Of a stretch of DNA of 64,000 nt, positions 29,330-40,000 are shown piece after piece. A program made the position numbers and the translations under genes. The first letter of the stretch is position 1; the number at the start of each line of letters is the position of its first letter. Source of the DNA: Firmicutes bacterium CAG:534 (GTDB lineage Bacteria; Bacillota; Clostridia; Lachnospirales; Lachnospiraceae); assembly GCA_000436115.1 (NCBI GenBank), contig FR894558.1, positions 83,974 to 147,973 on the forward strand. The letters run 5' to 3'. The notes below the pieces were generated by a model, which saw nothing but the letters and a program-made list of their open reading frames with translations, did not search any database and was not told the DNA's origin.

Positions 29330-29355
29330 TCCGGTATTTTGGAAAGAAGGAAAAA

Positions 29356-30075
29356 ATGAGTAAATATGATTTAAAGCAGGAGGTAACAGATAAATACTCC
29401 CTGCGGGGCAGAGTGTTCCACAAGTTGAGAGAGGACATTCTGAACGGAAGGTACAAGGAACATGAGGAACTGAAGGAGGTAGCCATCGGAGAAGAGCTTG
29501 GCGTCAGCAGGACGCCGGTCAGGGAGGCTTTCAGGCAGCTTGAACTGGAAGGACTGATCCAGATCATTCCCAATAAAGGAGCATATGTGACCGGTATCAC
29601 AGCAAAGGATGTGAAGGATATTTATATGATCAGATCCTCGCTTGAGGGAATGTGCGCAAGGCTTGCTACAGAACATATCACGCCGGAACAGCTTGAGGAG
29701 CTGGAGGAGAACGTTTATCTTGCAAGCTTTCATGCTTCTAAGGGCCATATGGAACAGATGGCGGAGCTTGACAATCGTTTTCATGACATCCTGTACGCAG
29801 CCTGCGATTCCAAAATGCTTGAAAATCTGCTTCAGGATTTCCACCAGTATGTGATCCGGATCAGGAAAAAAACACTTTCTACAAGAGAAAGAGGAATTGC
29901 ATCCAATGAAGAGCACAGACGGATCATGGAAGCGATCAGGGATGGAAAAGCGCAGGAGGCTGAGAAGGCAGCAACACAGCATATGATCAATGCTTATGAT
30001 AATATCGTAAAGAATGGATTATACGATATTTTAAAAGAAGAGGAAAGGACGGAGGAAAGAATTGGACAAGATTAA
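29356..30075 (+). CDS. GntR-family transcriptional regulator, FadR/FCD subfamily
   Basis: N-terminal winged HTH ([33 protein letters not shown]) and C-terminal all-helical FCD domain. 239 aa. Confidence 0.85.
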   Translation: MSKYDLKQEVTDKYSLRGRVFHKLREDILNGRYKEHEELKEVAIGEELGVSRTPVREAFRQLELEGLIQIIPNKGAYVTGITAKDVKDIYMIRSSLEGMCARLATEHITPEQLEELEENVYLASFHASKGHMEQMAELDNRFHDILYAACDSKMLENLLQDFHQYVIRIRKKTLSTRERGIASNEEHRRIMEAIRDGKAQEAEKAATQHMINAYDNIVKNGLYDILKEEERTEERIGQD

Positions 30076-31270
30076 AATGCAGACTCCCCTGGTGGAGATG
30101 GATGGAGATGAAATGACCAGAATTCTCTGGAAGATGATAAAGGATGAGCTTCTCCTTCCATTTATAGATTTAAAAACGGAATACTATGATCTGGGACTGG
30201 AACACAGAAATGAAACCAATGACCAGGTAACAGTGGACAGCGCCAATGCAACCCTGAAGTACGGAGTGGCAGTAAAATGTGCGACCATTACTCCTAACGC
30301 AGCCAGAATGACAGAGTACAATCTGAAGGAAATGTGGAAAAGCCCCAACGGAACCATCAGAGCCATTCTGGATGGAACTGTATTCAGAGCGCCCATTCTG
30401 GTAAACGGGATCGTACCTTATGTAAAGAACTGGACGAAACCCATTACCATTGCCCGTCATGCTTATGGGGATGTTTATAAGAATGCAGAAATGAAGATCC
30501 CGGGAAAGGGCAGGGCAGAACTGGTCTTTACAGCAGAGGACGGAACACAGACAAGAGAGCTGATCCATGACTTTGACGGAGCAGGGATCATCCAGGGAAT
30601 CCACAACACTGAAAAGTCTATTTCCAGCTTTGCAAGAGCCTGCTTTAGCTATGCGGTAGACACCAGGCAGGATCTGTGGTTTTCCACAAAGGATACGATT
30701 TCCAAGAAGTATGACCATACCTTTAAGGACATTTTCCAGGAGATCTACGAAAAGGAATATAAGGAAAAATTTGAGAAGCTTGGGATCGAGTATTTCTATA
30801 CGTTGATTGATGATGCCGTAGCGAGAGTGATCCGTTCAGAAGGCGGATTTATCTGGGCATGTAAAAACTATGATGGAGATGTGATGTCAGATATGGTGGC
30901 AACCGCATATGGAGATCTGTCCATGATGACCTCTGTTCTGGTATCCCCCAACGGTGTTTATGAGTATGAAGCGGCGCATGGAACCGTACAGCGCCACTAT
31001 TATAAGCACCTGAAGGGAGAGGAGACTTCTACCAACTCCATTGCTACGATCTTTGCATGGACAGGGGCGCTTAGAAAGCGCGGAGAGCTGGATCAGAACG
31101 CAGCGCTCATGCAGTTTGCGGATAAACTGGAAAAAGCCTGCATCAAGACCGTTGAAGACGGCAAGATGACAAAGAGCCTGTCTTTGATTTCCACCTGTGA
31201 GCATCCGGTAATCTTAAACAGTCTTGAGTTTATTCAGGCCATCAGGGAAACACTGGAGAGCCTTATGTAG
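30062..31270 (+). CDS. icd: NADP-dependent isocitrate dehydrogenase, subfamily II (eukaryotic-type homodimeric)
   Basis: [56 protein letters not shown] blocks align residue-for-residue with IDH1/IDH2-type enzymes. TTG start 30062 has GGAGG 7 nt upstream (alternative ATG 30077). Overlaps GntR stop. Confidence 0.9.
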   Translation: MDKIKMQTPLVEMDGDEMTRILWKMIKDELLLPFIDLKTEYYDLGLEHRNETNDQVTVDSANATLKYGVAVKCATITPNAARMTEYNLKEMWKSPNGTIRAILDGTVFRAPILVNGIVPYVKNWTKPITIARHAYGDVYKNAEMKIPGKGRAELVFTAEDGTQTRELIHDFDGAGIIQGIHNTEKSISSFARACFSYAVDTRQDLWFSTKDTISKKYDHTFKDIFQEIYEKEYKEKFEKLGIEYFYTLIDDAVARVIRSEGGFIWACKNYDGDVMSDMVATAYGDLSMMTSVLVSPNGVYEYEAAHGTVQRHYYKHLKGEETSTNSIATIFAWTGALRKRGELDQNAALMQFADKLEKACIKTVEDGKMTKSLSLISTCEHPVILNSLEFIQAIRETLESLM

Positions 31271-33176
31271 CATCTGCCAGAGCTTCCCATTGTTCATACA
31301 GACCTTCGAGCTTGTCAGCCAGTTCTTTTTGACGGCTGGCAAGCTTTTGTAATTCAGCCACATTGGTAGCAATGGAGGGATCTGACATTTTTGCGTCGAT
31401 TTCCTTTTGCTCCTGTTCCAGGAGGGCAATGGATTCCTCGCATTTTTTCAGATCGTTTTCCTTTTTCCGCTTATCGGCCTGAAGCTTTTTCTGCGCCTGC
31501 CAGTCCAGCTTTGTCTCAGTCGGAAGGTATTCCTTCTGAGAGGGAGAGGCAGGGAGTGTGGAAAGGGAAGCTTCCGTTTTCTTTTCCAGGTAATAATCGT
31601 AATTTCCGAGATAACCGGTCAGAGCGCCCTCTGAAAGCTCCAGGATCCTGCTGGCAGTCCGGTTGATGAAGTAACGGTCATGGGAAACATAAAGAACTGT
31701 GCCCTCATAAGCGTTGATGGCGTCCTCCAGGATTTCCTTAGAAGTAATATCAAGGTGGTTTGTGGGCTCGTCCAGGATCAGAAAATTGGATTCGGAAAGC
31801 ATGAGTTTGGCAAGGGAAACACGGCCGCGCTCGCCACCGCTTAAATCCTTTATCCGCTTAAACACATCCTCGCCGGTAAAAAGAAAAGCGGCAAGAGTGC
31901 TGCGGATTTCCGTATTATCCAGATAAGGATAGGAATCCGATATTTCATCAAACAAGGTTTTCTCTGGATGCAGCACATGATGCTCCTGATCATAGTAGCC
32001 GATATGGACGTTAGTGCCAAGGGTAAGCGTTCCTGTGTCGGCAGGAAGCAGGCCGTTGATGATCTTTAAGATCGTTGTTTTGCCGGTGCCATTATCGCCG
32101 ATAATGGCAACATGCTCGCCACGCTTTAAATCCATGGAGAGGTGCTTAAAGAGCAGATGCTCCCCAAAGGACTTGGAAAGATCTTCGATATGCAGAACAT
32201 CATTTCCACTGGTGCATCTGGGAGTCAGGGTTATGTGGATATCGCTTCTTGTCTGGGTGGGTTTATCCAAAACATCCATTTTGTTTAAAGCTTTTTCGCG
32301 GCTTTCAGCCCGTTTAATGGATTTTTCACGGTTAAAGGAACGGAGCTTTTCAATGACTTCCTCCTGGTGCTTTATTTCCTGCTGTTGTTTCAGATATGCG
32401 TTTAATGCGGCAGAACGAAGCTGTTCCTTTTTGACGGCATAGTCAGAATAATTTCCAAGGAAGGTGGTTGCCTTTGTCTGATCGATTTCGATGATCTTTC
32501 CGGCAATGCGGTCAAGGAAATAGCGGTCATGGGAAACAATGAGGACAGCGCCTTTATAATTCAGGAGATAGGTTTCCAGCCAGGCAATGGAATTAAGATC
32601 CAGGTGGTTGGTGGGCTCATCCAGGATGATCAGATCCGGTTTTTGCAAAAGAAGTTTTCCAAGCGCAACACGGGTCTTTTGTCCTCCGGAAAGGGTGGAG
32701 ATCTTTTTGGAAAATTCTTCTTCCGTAAAGCCAAGTCCTTTTAAAATGCCGGTTACTTCACTTTGATAGGCGTAACCGTTGGCCAGCTCAAAGGAATGGG
32801 TCAGACGGGTGTAGGTTTCCATCAGTTTTTCCAGCTCCCTGCCGGATGTCTGTTTCATGGCCAGCTCCAGAGAACGGATGCGGCTTTCCATTTCGATCAC
32901 ATCTGATTTGGCGGTAAGGAGTTCTTCATAGATGGTGTTCTGACTGCTTACAGCCTGATCCTGTGCCAGATAACCGATGGTTTTATCCTTTGACAGGGTT
33001 ACCAGGCCGTGATCCGAAGCTATTTCGCCTACGATAATACGCAGAAGCGTTGTCTTTCCGGCGCCGTTCAGGCCGACAATGGCGGCTTTATCGTAGTCCT
33101 CCAGGTGAAAGGACACCTCTTTTAAAACAGGAACCTCGTTAAATGCTTTTGAAATATTTTGACATGATAAGATCAT
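31263..33176 (-). CDS. ABC-F family ATPase (two ABC domains, C-terminal coiled coil; Uup/YdiF-like)
   Basis: Two Walker A sites ([18 protein letters not shown]), two LSGG signatures, inter-domain linker and Lys/Glu-rich C-terminal coiled coil. Start set at ATG 33176 (AGGAAG RBS), not 33248. Confidence 0.85.
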   Translation of the reverse strand: MILSCQNISKAFNEVPVLKEVSFHLEDYDKAAIVGLNGAGKTTLLRIIVGEIASDHGLVTLSKDKTIGYLAQDQAVSSQNTIYEELLTAKSDVIEMESRIRSLELAMKQTSGRELEKLMETYTRLTHSFELANGYAYQSEVTGILKGLGFTEEEFSKKISTLSGGQKTRVALGKLLLQKPDLIILDEPTNHLDLNSIAWLETYLLNYKGAVLIVSHDRYFLDRIAGKIIEIDQTKATTFLGNYSDYAVKKEQLRSAALNAYLKQQQEIKHQEEVIEKLRSFNREKSIKRAESREKALNKMDVLDKPTQTRSDIHITLTPRCTSGNDVLHIEDLSKSFGEHLLFKHLSMDLKRGEHVAIIGDNGTGKTTILKIINGLLPADTGTLTLGTNVHIGYYDQEHHVLHPEKTLFDEISDSYPYLDNTEIRSTLAAFLFTGEDVFKRIKDLSGGERGRVSLAKLMLSESNFLILDEPTNHLDITSKEILEDAINAYEGTVLYVSHDRYFINRTASRILELSEGALTGYLGNYDYYLEKKTEASLSTLPASPSQKEYLPTETKLDWQAQKKLQADKRKKENDLKKCEESIALLEQEQKEIDAKMSDPSIATNVAELQKLASRQKELADKLEGLYEQWEALADAT

Positions 33177-33313
33177 TGATGTTTCTTCCTTATTTTTATT
33201 ATATTCTGTATTCCGTTTCAGTTTACAGAGGATAAAAGGGAATGTCAATGAATTGACATTATTTTAACATTGTTATATATTTAACTTATATCAAAAAACA
33301 GGGGGCATTCCAA

Positions 33314-33955
33314 ATGGAACAAAAGGAAATTTCACAGGCAGTTATTGGGCGTCTGCCGAGATATTTCAGATATTTGGGTGAACTGAAGGATGAGGGGATT
33401 GAACGGATTTCATCGCAGGAGCTTTCCGACATTATGAAGGTGACGGCATCCCAGATCCGGCAGGATTTTAATAATTTTGGAGGCTTCGGACAACAGGGAT
33501 ATGGCTACAAGGTAGAGTACCTTTATCAGGAGATCGGCAAGATCCTGGGTCTTGACAAAACCCATCATCTTATTATCATCGGAGCAGGCAATTTAGGCCA
33601 GGCCCTTGCCAATTATATGAATTTTGAAAGAAGAGGATTTCTTTTTAAGGGGATTTTTGATAATAACCCTGCGCTGTTTGGGAAAAAGATCCGGAATTTG
33701 GAAGTGAAGCCCATGGATGAGCTTGAGCAGTTTGTAAGAGAAAATAATATTGATATTGCGGTGCTGACTATACCAAAGAACAGCGCCATCCAGGTGGCGG
33801 AGCGGCTTGCCGCCAATGGGATCAAGGGTATCTGGAATTTTGCCCATGTGGATTTGAATGTGCCGCAGGAGATCCAGGTAGAGAATGTTCATTTGTCAGA
33901 CAGCCTGATGAAGCTTACTTATAATATCAATTGTTTTGGGCAGGGAGGTGACTGA
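33314..33955 (+). CDS. rex: redox-sensing transcriptional repressor Rex
   Basis: IGRLPRYFRYL winged-helix start and IIGAGNLGQALANY Rossmann NADH-sensing domain. 213 aa. Confidence 0.9.
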   Translation: MEQKEISQAVIGRLPRYFRYLGELKDEGIERISSQELSDIMKVTASQIRQDFNNFGGFGQQGYGYKVEYLYQEIGKILGLDKTHHLIIIGAGNLGQALANYMNFERRGFLFKGIFDNNPALFGKKIRNLEVKPMDELEQFVRENNIDIAVLTIPKNSAIQVAERLAANGIKGIWNFAHVDLNVPQEIQVENVHLSDSLMKLTYNINCFGQGGD

Positions 33956-33956
33956 C

Positions 33957-34559
33957 ATGTCCAGAAGAGAAGAGGTCTTCGGACCTGCGCTTGCGGGACG
34001 GGAGATACCGGTTCTCACGTTAGACAACAAATGGCATAAGCTGTTTGCACAGTCTAAGCCGGATAAAACCATCACCCATCTTCAAACGGAGCTGAATGAT
34101 CTGATCAAGAGGCAGGGAAAGGCAAACACAGAACGCAAGGAGATCAGGAAGCTCAAGAAAAAGTTAATGCAGGAGATCATGAATAATGCGGAGGGAGCCT
34201 CCGTAAAGGATGACGAAACTGCAAAGAAAAAGGCGAAGGAGCTGAAAAGACTCACAGAGGAATGCAGCCAGAGACAGCAGGAATGTGAGAAGGAGCTTTT
34301 GAGCCTTCCGGGCGAAATCGAAAGGGTCAACCGGGAACTGATGCTGGCTACCATGGATAACTGTTATCGCCGTCTGTGGCAGAATAAACGGGAGATCGAC
34401 GAGTCAGCAGAATGGATTGAAAAAACACGCATAGAGCTGAAGGAGCGGCTGGGCAGGAACCAGGAGCTTGAACAGGTTAATCAGGAGCTTTATGCCTATA
34501 TGCATGATATTTTTGGTGCAGAGGTGATCGATATCTTTGACATGGAATATCAGAAATAA
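33957..34559 (+). CDS. hypothetical coiled-coil protein
   Basis: About 200 aa, Lys/Glu-rich heptad-like sequence, no recognisable domain. GGGAGG RBS before ATG 33957. Confidence 0.5.
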   Translation: MSRREEVFGPALAGREIPVLTLDNKWHKLFAQSKPDKTITHLQTELNDLIKRQGKANTERKEIRKLKKKLMQEIMNNAEGASVKDDETAKKKAKELKRLTEECSQRQQECEKELLSLPGEIERVNRELMLATMDNCYRRLWQNKREIDESAEWIEKTRIELKERLGRNQELEQVNQELYAYMHDIFGAEVIDIFDMEYQK

Positions 34560-34614
34560 ATGCGTCATGCCGTAGGGATATGGCGCATTTTGCATAGCAA
34601 AAGGAGGTGAGCGG

Positions 34615-36150
34615 ATGCAGCGGATCGTAACCGGGGAAGAAATGAGAAAGCTGGATGGAAAAACAATCGAAAAGCTGGGAATTCCTGCGCTGGTTTTAAT
34701 GGAACGGGCTGCGGCAGAGAGCGTAAACGCCCTGCAGATGTGGAAAGAAAAAGCAGGACATATTCTTGTGCTTGCAGGTACAGGCAATAACGGCGGAGAT
34801 GGACTGGCAGTGGGAAGGATCCTGCTCCAAAAGGGATTTCAGGTAACGGTAGTACTGATCGGAAGCAGAGAAAAGCTTTCAGAGGAAAACAGCATACAGA
34901 TCAGGATTTTGGAGAATATGGGCATTCCCATAAAGAGCAAACCGGAAGAAAAGGAATATGATATTATAGTGGATGCTTTGTTCGGAACAGGATTGAAACG
35001 TCCGCTGGAGGGAGAATACCGGGAGACTGTAGAGTGGATCAACTCCGCCAAGGAAAAGGGAGCCCTGGTGTGCAGCCTGGATATTCCTTCCGGAATTTGT
35101 TCCGATACAGGAAAAATTCAGGGATGTGCTGTATGCGCAGATATGACGGTTGCCTATGGATTTGCCAAGAGGGGAGAGCTTCTTGATCCGGGAAGACAGT
35201 ATACCGGACAGCTTCTTGTAAGGGATATAGGGATTGATTACAGGAAAGCGGTGACAGGCAGGGAGGAAGCGGCTGCATTGCAGACAGAAGATATAGGAAA
35301 GCTTCTTCCTGCAAGGGATCCCGCAGGGAATAAAGGAACCTTCGGAAAAGTGCTTTTGGCTGCAGGAAGCAGCGGAATGTGCGGAGCGGCTGTCCTTTCC
35401 GGGAAAAGCGCTTTTCGCAGCGGAGCGGGAATGGTCATGATCCTGACCCCGGAATGCAACAGGCAGATCATCCAACAGGCGCTGCCTGAGGCAATCCTGA
35501 GTACCTATGATACGGTGCCGGAAGAAGGACAGATCCGTCAGGCGCTTCAGTGGGCAGATGTGCTGGCGGCAGGCCCGGGAATGGGGCAGAAGCCGGCCGG
35601 CAAAGAAACCCTGCGGCTTTTGCTTCAGAATGTGGAATGTCCTATGGTGCTGGATGCAGATGCACTTAATATGATTGCGGAAGATGAGGAAATGCAGCAG
35701 TGCTTTGCAGCTGCAAGAAAGCGGGCAGGCAGGGAAAAAGTTGTAATAACGCCACATCCCGGGGAGCTTTGCAGACTGGCAGGCAGCTTTATGGAAAATT
35801 ATAAGGAAGACCGCTTCCAGGTAGCAGAGCAGGTAAGGAAACAGTTAGAATGCGTAGTGGTTTCCAAGGACGCTGTAACAGTTACCCTGTCTCCGGATGG
35901 AAAGGGAATGCTTTTAAACCCTTCAGGAAATGATGCCATGGCAACGGCGGGAAGCGGAGATGTGCTGACAGGCCTGATCGGAGGTCTGATCGCCCAGGGA
36001 GGAGGCTGCTATGAACTGGCCGGACTTGCCGTATACCTTCATGGCCTTGCAGGCGACCTGGCGGCTCTTGGCAGGGCAAGAGGAGTAATGGCCGGGGACC
36101 TGACAGAGGAAATACCCAGGGTGTTTCTACAATACCAGGGAGAAAGATAG
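34615..36150 (+). CDS. nnr: bifunctional NAD(P)H-hydrate repair enzyme (epimerase + ADP-dependent dehydratase)
   Basis: N-terminal YjeF-N domain with GTGNNGGDGLAVGR, C-terminal carbohydrate-kinase-like dehydratase domain with GSGDVLTG. Confidence 0.85.
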   Translation: MQRIVTGEEMRKLDGKTIEKLGIPALVLMERAAAESVNALQMWKEKAGHILVLAGTGNNGGDGLAVGRILLQKGFQVTVVLIGSREKLSEENSIQIRILENMGIPIKSKPEEKEYDIIVDALFGTGLKRPLEGEYRETVEWINSAKEKGALVCSLDIPSGICSDTGKIQGCAVCADMTVAYGFAKRGELLDPGRQYTGQLLVRDIGIDYRKAVTGREEAAALQTEDIGKLLPARDPAGNKGTFGKVLLAAGSSGMCGAAVLSGKSAFRSGAGMVMILTPECNRQIIQQALPEAILSTYDTVPEEGQIRQALQWADVLAAGPGMGQKPAGKETLRLLLQNVECPMVLDADALNMIAEDEEMQQCFAAARKRAGREKVVITPHPGELCRLAGSFMENYKEDRFQVAEQVRKQLECVVVSKDAVTVTLSPDGKGMLLNPSGNDAMATAGSGDVLTGLIGGLIAQGGGCYELAGLAVYLHGLAGDLAALGRARGVMAGDLTEEIPRVFLQYQGER

Positions 36151-36169
36151 CGAAAGCGAGGAGAAAATT

Positions 36170-37345
36170 ATGAGAGAAGAGTATCAAAGAGTATTTGCAA
36201 CGGTTGACCTGGATGCTATTTGCAGCAATATGGAAAAGATGAAGGCCAATGTGGCAGAGCATACCAAGCTGATCGGCGTGATCAAAACAGACGGATACGG
36301 GCATGGAGCTGTTCCTATCGCAAGAGAGCTGGAAAAACTGCCCTTTGTCTGGGGATATGCAACAGCCACAGCAGAGGAAGCTTTTATTTTAAGACATGAT
36401 GAGATGAAAAAGCCTATTTTGATCCTGGGCTATACCTTTCCCTACAGCTATGAAAGGCTGATTACAGAGGAAATCCGCATGGCGGTATTCAGAAAAGATA
36501 TGCTTTTGCAGCTTTCGGAGAAAGCCCGCAGACTGGGGAAAAAAGCAAAGATCCATATTAAGGTGGATACCGGTATGGGACGGATCGGAGTAAGACCGGA
36601 TCAGGAAGGGCTGGAATTTGTAAAAGAAGCATTTCAAACTCCGGGAATTGAAGTGGAGGGGATCTTTACGCATTTTGCCAGGGCGGATGAGGCGGACAAA
36701 ACGGCAGCAAATAAGCAGTTAAATAAGTTTCAGACGTTTCTTGCCATGATAAAGGATGAGGGGCTTACCATTCCGGTTAAGCACTGCTCAAACAGCGCCG
36801 GAATTGTAGAACTGCCAGAGGCCAATATGGATGTGGCAAGGGCAGGGATCACTCTTTATGGATTATGGCCTTCCAACGAGGTCAGGAGGGATATCGTCGA
36901 GCTGAGGCCTGCATTATCCCTTTACAGCCATTTGGTTTATATTAAGGAAATAGAGCCCGGGGACAGCGTCAGCTATGGAGGAACCTTTACCGCCCAAAAG
37001 AAAACGAGGGTCGGAACGGTTCCTGTGGGCTATGGGGATGGCTATCCCAGAGGACTGTCCGGAAAAGGCTATGTACTTGTAAACGGAAAAAAGGCAGCCA
37101 TCCTTGGACGCGTCTGCATGGATCAGTTTATGATCGACCTAAGTGAGATCCCTGAGGCAAAGGAAGGGGATAAAGTAACGCTGATCGGAAAGGACGGCGC
37201 TTACGCCATTACCATGGAAGAACTCGGAAATCTGTCAGGACGCTTTAATTATGAACTTGCCTGCGATCTTTCAAAAAGAGTGCCGCGCATTTATATGAAG
37301 GATGGAAAGATCCTCTGCACAAAGGATTATTATCAGGATTATTAA
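36170..37345 (+). CDS. alr: alanine racemase
   Basis: 391 aa. PLP-lysine block VIKTDGYGHG and C-terminal beta-domain. Classical Firmicute neighbourhood just upstream of endoA/mazF. Confidence 0.9.
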   Translation: MREEYQRVFATVDLDAICSNMEKMKANVAEHTKLIGVIKTDGYGHGAVPIARELEKLPFVWGYATATAEEAFILRHDEMKKPILILGYTFPYSYERLITEEIRMAVFRKDMLLQLSEKARRLGKKAKIHIKVDTGMGRIGVRPDQEGLEFVKEAFQTPGIEVEGIFTHFARADEADKTAANKQLNKFQTFLAMIKDEGLTIPVKHCSNSAGIVELPEANMDVARAGITLYGLWPSNEVRRDIVELRPALSLYSHLVYIKEIEPGDSVSYGGTFTAQKKTRVGTVPVGYGDGYPRGLSGKGYVLVNGKKAAILGRVCMDQFMIDLSEIPEAKEGDKVTLIGKDGAYAITMEELGNLSGRFNYELACDLSKRVPRIYMKDGKILCTKDYYQDY

Positions 37346-37413
37346 GCCTGACTGAATACCTTCTGACAATAGGGTTATAATAGTTACTGCTGAAAAAGGT
37401 AAATCCGATTGAA

Positions 37414-37773
37414 ATGAAGGGTGTGTATAAAGTGAAAAGAGGGGACGTATATTATGCAGATTTAAGACCGGTGATCGGCTCTGAACAGGGCGGAGTAAGA
37501 CCGGTGCTGATCATTCAGAATGACATAGGAAATAAGCATAGTCCAACGATTATCTGCGCAGCGATCACTTCCAAGATGAATAAGGCAAAGCTGCCTACGC
37601 ATATTGAACTGAGCGCAGGAAAATATGAGATGGAAAAGGATTCCGTGATCCTACTAGAACAGCTTCGCACCATAGATAAAAAGAGACTGAAAGACAAGGT
37701 ATGTCATTTGGATGAGGATATCATGAAGCGGGTAAACCATGGGCTGATGATCAGTCTGGAGCTGGGTACATAG
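37414..37773 (+). CDS. mazF: type II toxin MazF/EndoA (PemK-family mRNA interferase)
   Basis: [34 protein letters not shown]...AKLPTHIEL is near-identical in pattern to B. subtilis EndoA (NdoA). Perfect TATAAT at 37375-37380. No antitoxin ORF between alr and this gene. Confidence 0.85.
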   Translation: MKGVYKVKRGDVYYADLRPVIGSEQGGVRPVLIIQNDIGNKHSPTIICAAITSKMNKAKLPTHIELSAGKYEMEKDSVILLEQLRTIDKKRLKDKVCHLDEDIMKRVNHGLMISLELGT

Positions 37774-37868
37774 CTTGAAACAGCTCTCTCATCCGGCAGC
37801 ACTTGACGCAGATAGCGGGAAATGTTATAGTTTAATTTGATATTTTGTGCGATAAGGGAGATGGAAAA

Positions 37869-39188
37869 ATGGATGACGGCGGGCCCACGGCCAGTTATAT
37901 TTTATTGATCCTGCTGCTTTTGGCAGATATGATTTTTTACGGCTTCAGTGCGGCAGTGAAGGAACTGAGCGCCAAAGAACTGTCAGAAGAGACGGCGGAA
38001 GTCAAAAGTAAGAAAACGGTAAGACTGTGCAAGATCATGGAAAGACCGGAACGATATATCAATACCATTCAGCTTGTAGCAACCTTCAGCAATTTTGTGA
38101 TGGCATTCATCATATTGTATGACTTTGGAAAACACTTTTTGCTTGCGGGAGCGGTCTGGCTGTACATAGTGCTTACCTTCGGAGTGCTGATTCCGAAAAC
38201 GCTTGGAACCAGGTATCATAAAAAATGGGCATACGCCTGTATTAATTCTATTTATGGGATCACCTGGCTCTTATGTCCGCTTACAGGCATCATATCTGTG
38301 TCTGCAAAGGGGATCTTAAGGATCTTTGGGGTCAGGCCGGATGAGTGGCAGGATGACGTTACGGAGGAAGAGATCAAGTCCATGGTCAACGAGGGACATG
38401 AGCAGGGAGTGCTTCAGGCTTCAGAGGCGGAGATGATCAACAACATCTTTGAATTTGGAGATAAGCAGGCTCAGGATATTATGACCCACAGGCCCAGCAT
38501 ATTAGCCATTGACCGGGAAATGACCCTTGGAAATGCGCTTGAATATATGCTGAGCGAAAGCAAAAGCCGTTTTCCGGTTTATGAAGAAAACATTGATCAT
38601 ATTGTAGGGATCATTCATTTCAGAGATGCTATGAGAGCCCACACGGATGATAATAATCTGGTGCTTCCGGTAGGGGAGATACCGGGACTTTTGCGGGAGC
38701 CTATGTTTGTTCCGGAGACCAAAAACATTGATGCATTATTCAAAATGATGCAGCACACCAAAACGCAGATGGTGATTGTGGTGGATGAATATGGCCAGAC
38801 TTCGGGACTGGTTGCAATGGAAGATATTCTGGAGGAGATTGTAGGAAATATCCTGGATGAATATGATGAAGTGGAAGAGCATATTGAGTCTACGGAAAAT
38901 GCAGACGAGTATGTGATCGCAGGAATTACCCCGCTCAGCGAGCTGGAAGAACGCTTTGGAATTTCCTTTCAGGAAGAGGAATTTGAAACCCTGAACGGCT
39001 TCCTGATCTCTAAACTGGATAAAATTCCTGAAAAGTCAGATGAGAACTTTACCGTGGAAGAGGATGGATACCAGTATAGGATCTTATCAGTGGAAAACAG
39101 GATGATCCAGAGCGTATTAGTGAAGAAAATGCCGGAAAAGACAGCGCAGGAGCAACAAATGCAGGAAAACCTGCAGGAAGAAACTTAA
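37869..39188 (+). CDS. HlyC/CorC-family transporter (DUF21/CNNM TM domain + CBS pair + CorC_HlyC)
   Basis: N-terminal 4-TM DUF21, tandem CBS region, C-terminal transporter-associated domain. Start at ATG 37869 (AAGGGAG 8 nt upstream). Confidence 0.8.
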   Translation: MDDGGPTASYILLILLLLADMIFYGFSAAVKELSAKELSEETAEVKSKKTVRLCKIMERPERYINTIQLVATFSNFVMAFIILYDFGKHFLLAGAVWLYIVLTFGVLIPKTLGTRYHKKWAYACINSIYGITWLLCPLTGIISVSAKGILRIFGVRPDEWQDDVTEEEIKSMVNEGHEQGVLQASEAEMINNIFEFGDKQAQDIMTHRPSILAIDREMTLGNALEYMLSESKSRFPVYEENIDHIVGIIHFRDAMRAHTDDNNLVLPVGEIPGLLREPMFVPETKNIDALFKMMQHTKTQMVIVVDEYGQTSGLVAMEDILEEIVGNILDEYDEVEEHIESTENADEYVIAGITPLSELEERFGISFQEEEFETLNGFLISKLDKIPEKSDENFTVEEDGYQYRILSVENRMIQSVLVKKMPEKTAQEQQMQENLQEET

Positions 39189-39244
39189 AAATAAAACAGA
39201 GCATTTCAAAGGAAAGATATCTGAAATGCAGAAATGAGGAGAAA

Positions 39245-39973
39245 ATGTCAGGACATTCAAAATTTGCAAATATTAAACACAAGAAAGAAAAAAATGATGC
39301 TGCAAAAGGAAAGATCTTTACGATCCTTGGAAGAGAAATCGCAGTAGCCGTTAAGGAAGGCGGGCCGGATCCGGCAAATAACTCCAAGTTGGCACAGGTC
39401 ATTGCAAAGGCAAAATCCAACAATATGCCCAATGATACCATTGAACGCGGGATCAAAAAGGCGGCCGGCGACGCAGGAAATGTGAACTATAAGTATATTA
39501 CATATGAAGGATATGGACCTAATGGAATTGCAATCATTGTAGACGCCCTTACGGATAATCAGAACAGAACGGCGGCAAATGTCAGAAATGCATTTACCAA
39601 GGGAAACGGAAATGTGGGAACACCCGGCTGCGTTTCCTTCATGTTTGATAAGAAGGGACAGATCATCATTGATAAGGAAGAGTATGAGAAGGATGCAGAT
39701 GAACTGATGATGCTGGCGCTGGATGCGGGAGCAGAAGATTTTAGCGAAGAGGAGGACTCCTACGAGATCCTGACCTCACCTGAGGACTTTGATGCGGTGC
39801 TTCAGGCTTTGAATGAAGGGGGAATTCCGCTTGCATCTGCGGAGGTGACCATGATCCCTCAGAACTATGTTGAACTTACAGATGAAACCGGGATAAAGAA
39901 CCTTCAGAAAATACTGGATCTTCTGGATGAAGATGATGATGTTCAGGCAGTATATCATAACTGGGATGAGTAG
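39245..39973 (+). CDS. yebC: YebC/PmpR-family DNA-binding transcriptional regulator
   Basis: [26 protein letters not shown]... canonical YebC N-terminus. 242 aa. Confidence 0.9.
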   Translation: MSGHSKFANIKHKKEKNDAAKGKIFTILGREIAVAVKEGGPDPANNSKLAQVIAKAKSNNMPNDTIERGIKKAAGDAGNVNYKYITYEGYGPNGIAIIVDALTDNQNRTAANVRNAFTKGNGNVGTPGCVSFMFDKKGQIIIDKEEYEKDADELMMLALDAGAEDFSEEEDSYEILTSPEDFDAVLQALNEGGIPLASAEVTMIPQNYVELTDETGIKNLQKILDLLDEDDDVQAVYHNWDE

Positions 39974-40000
39974 GAAGCTGTGGAAGTATTAGGGTGAGGA

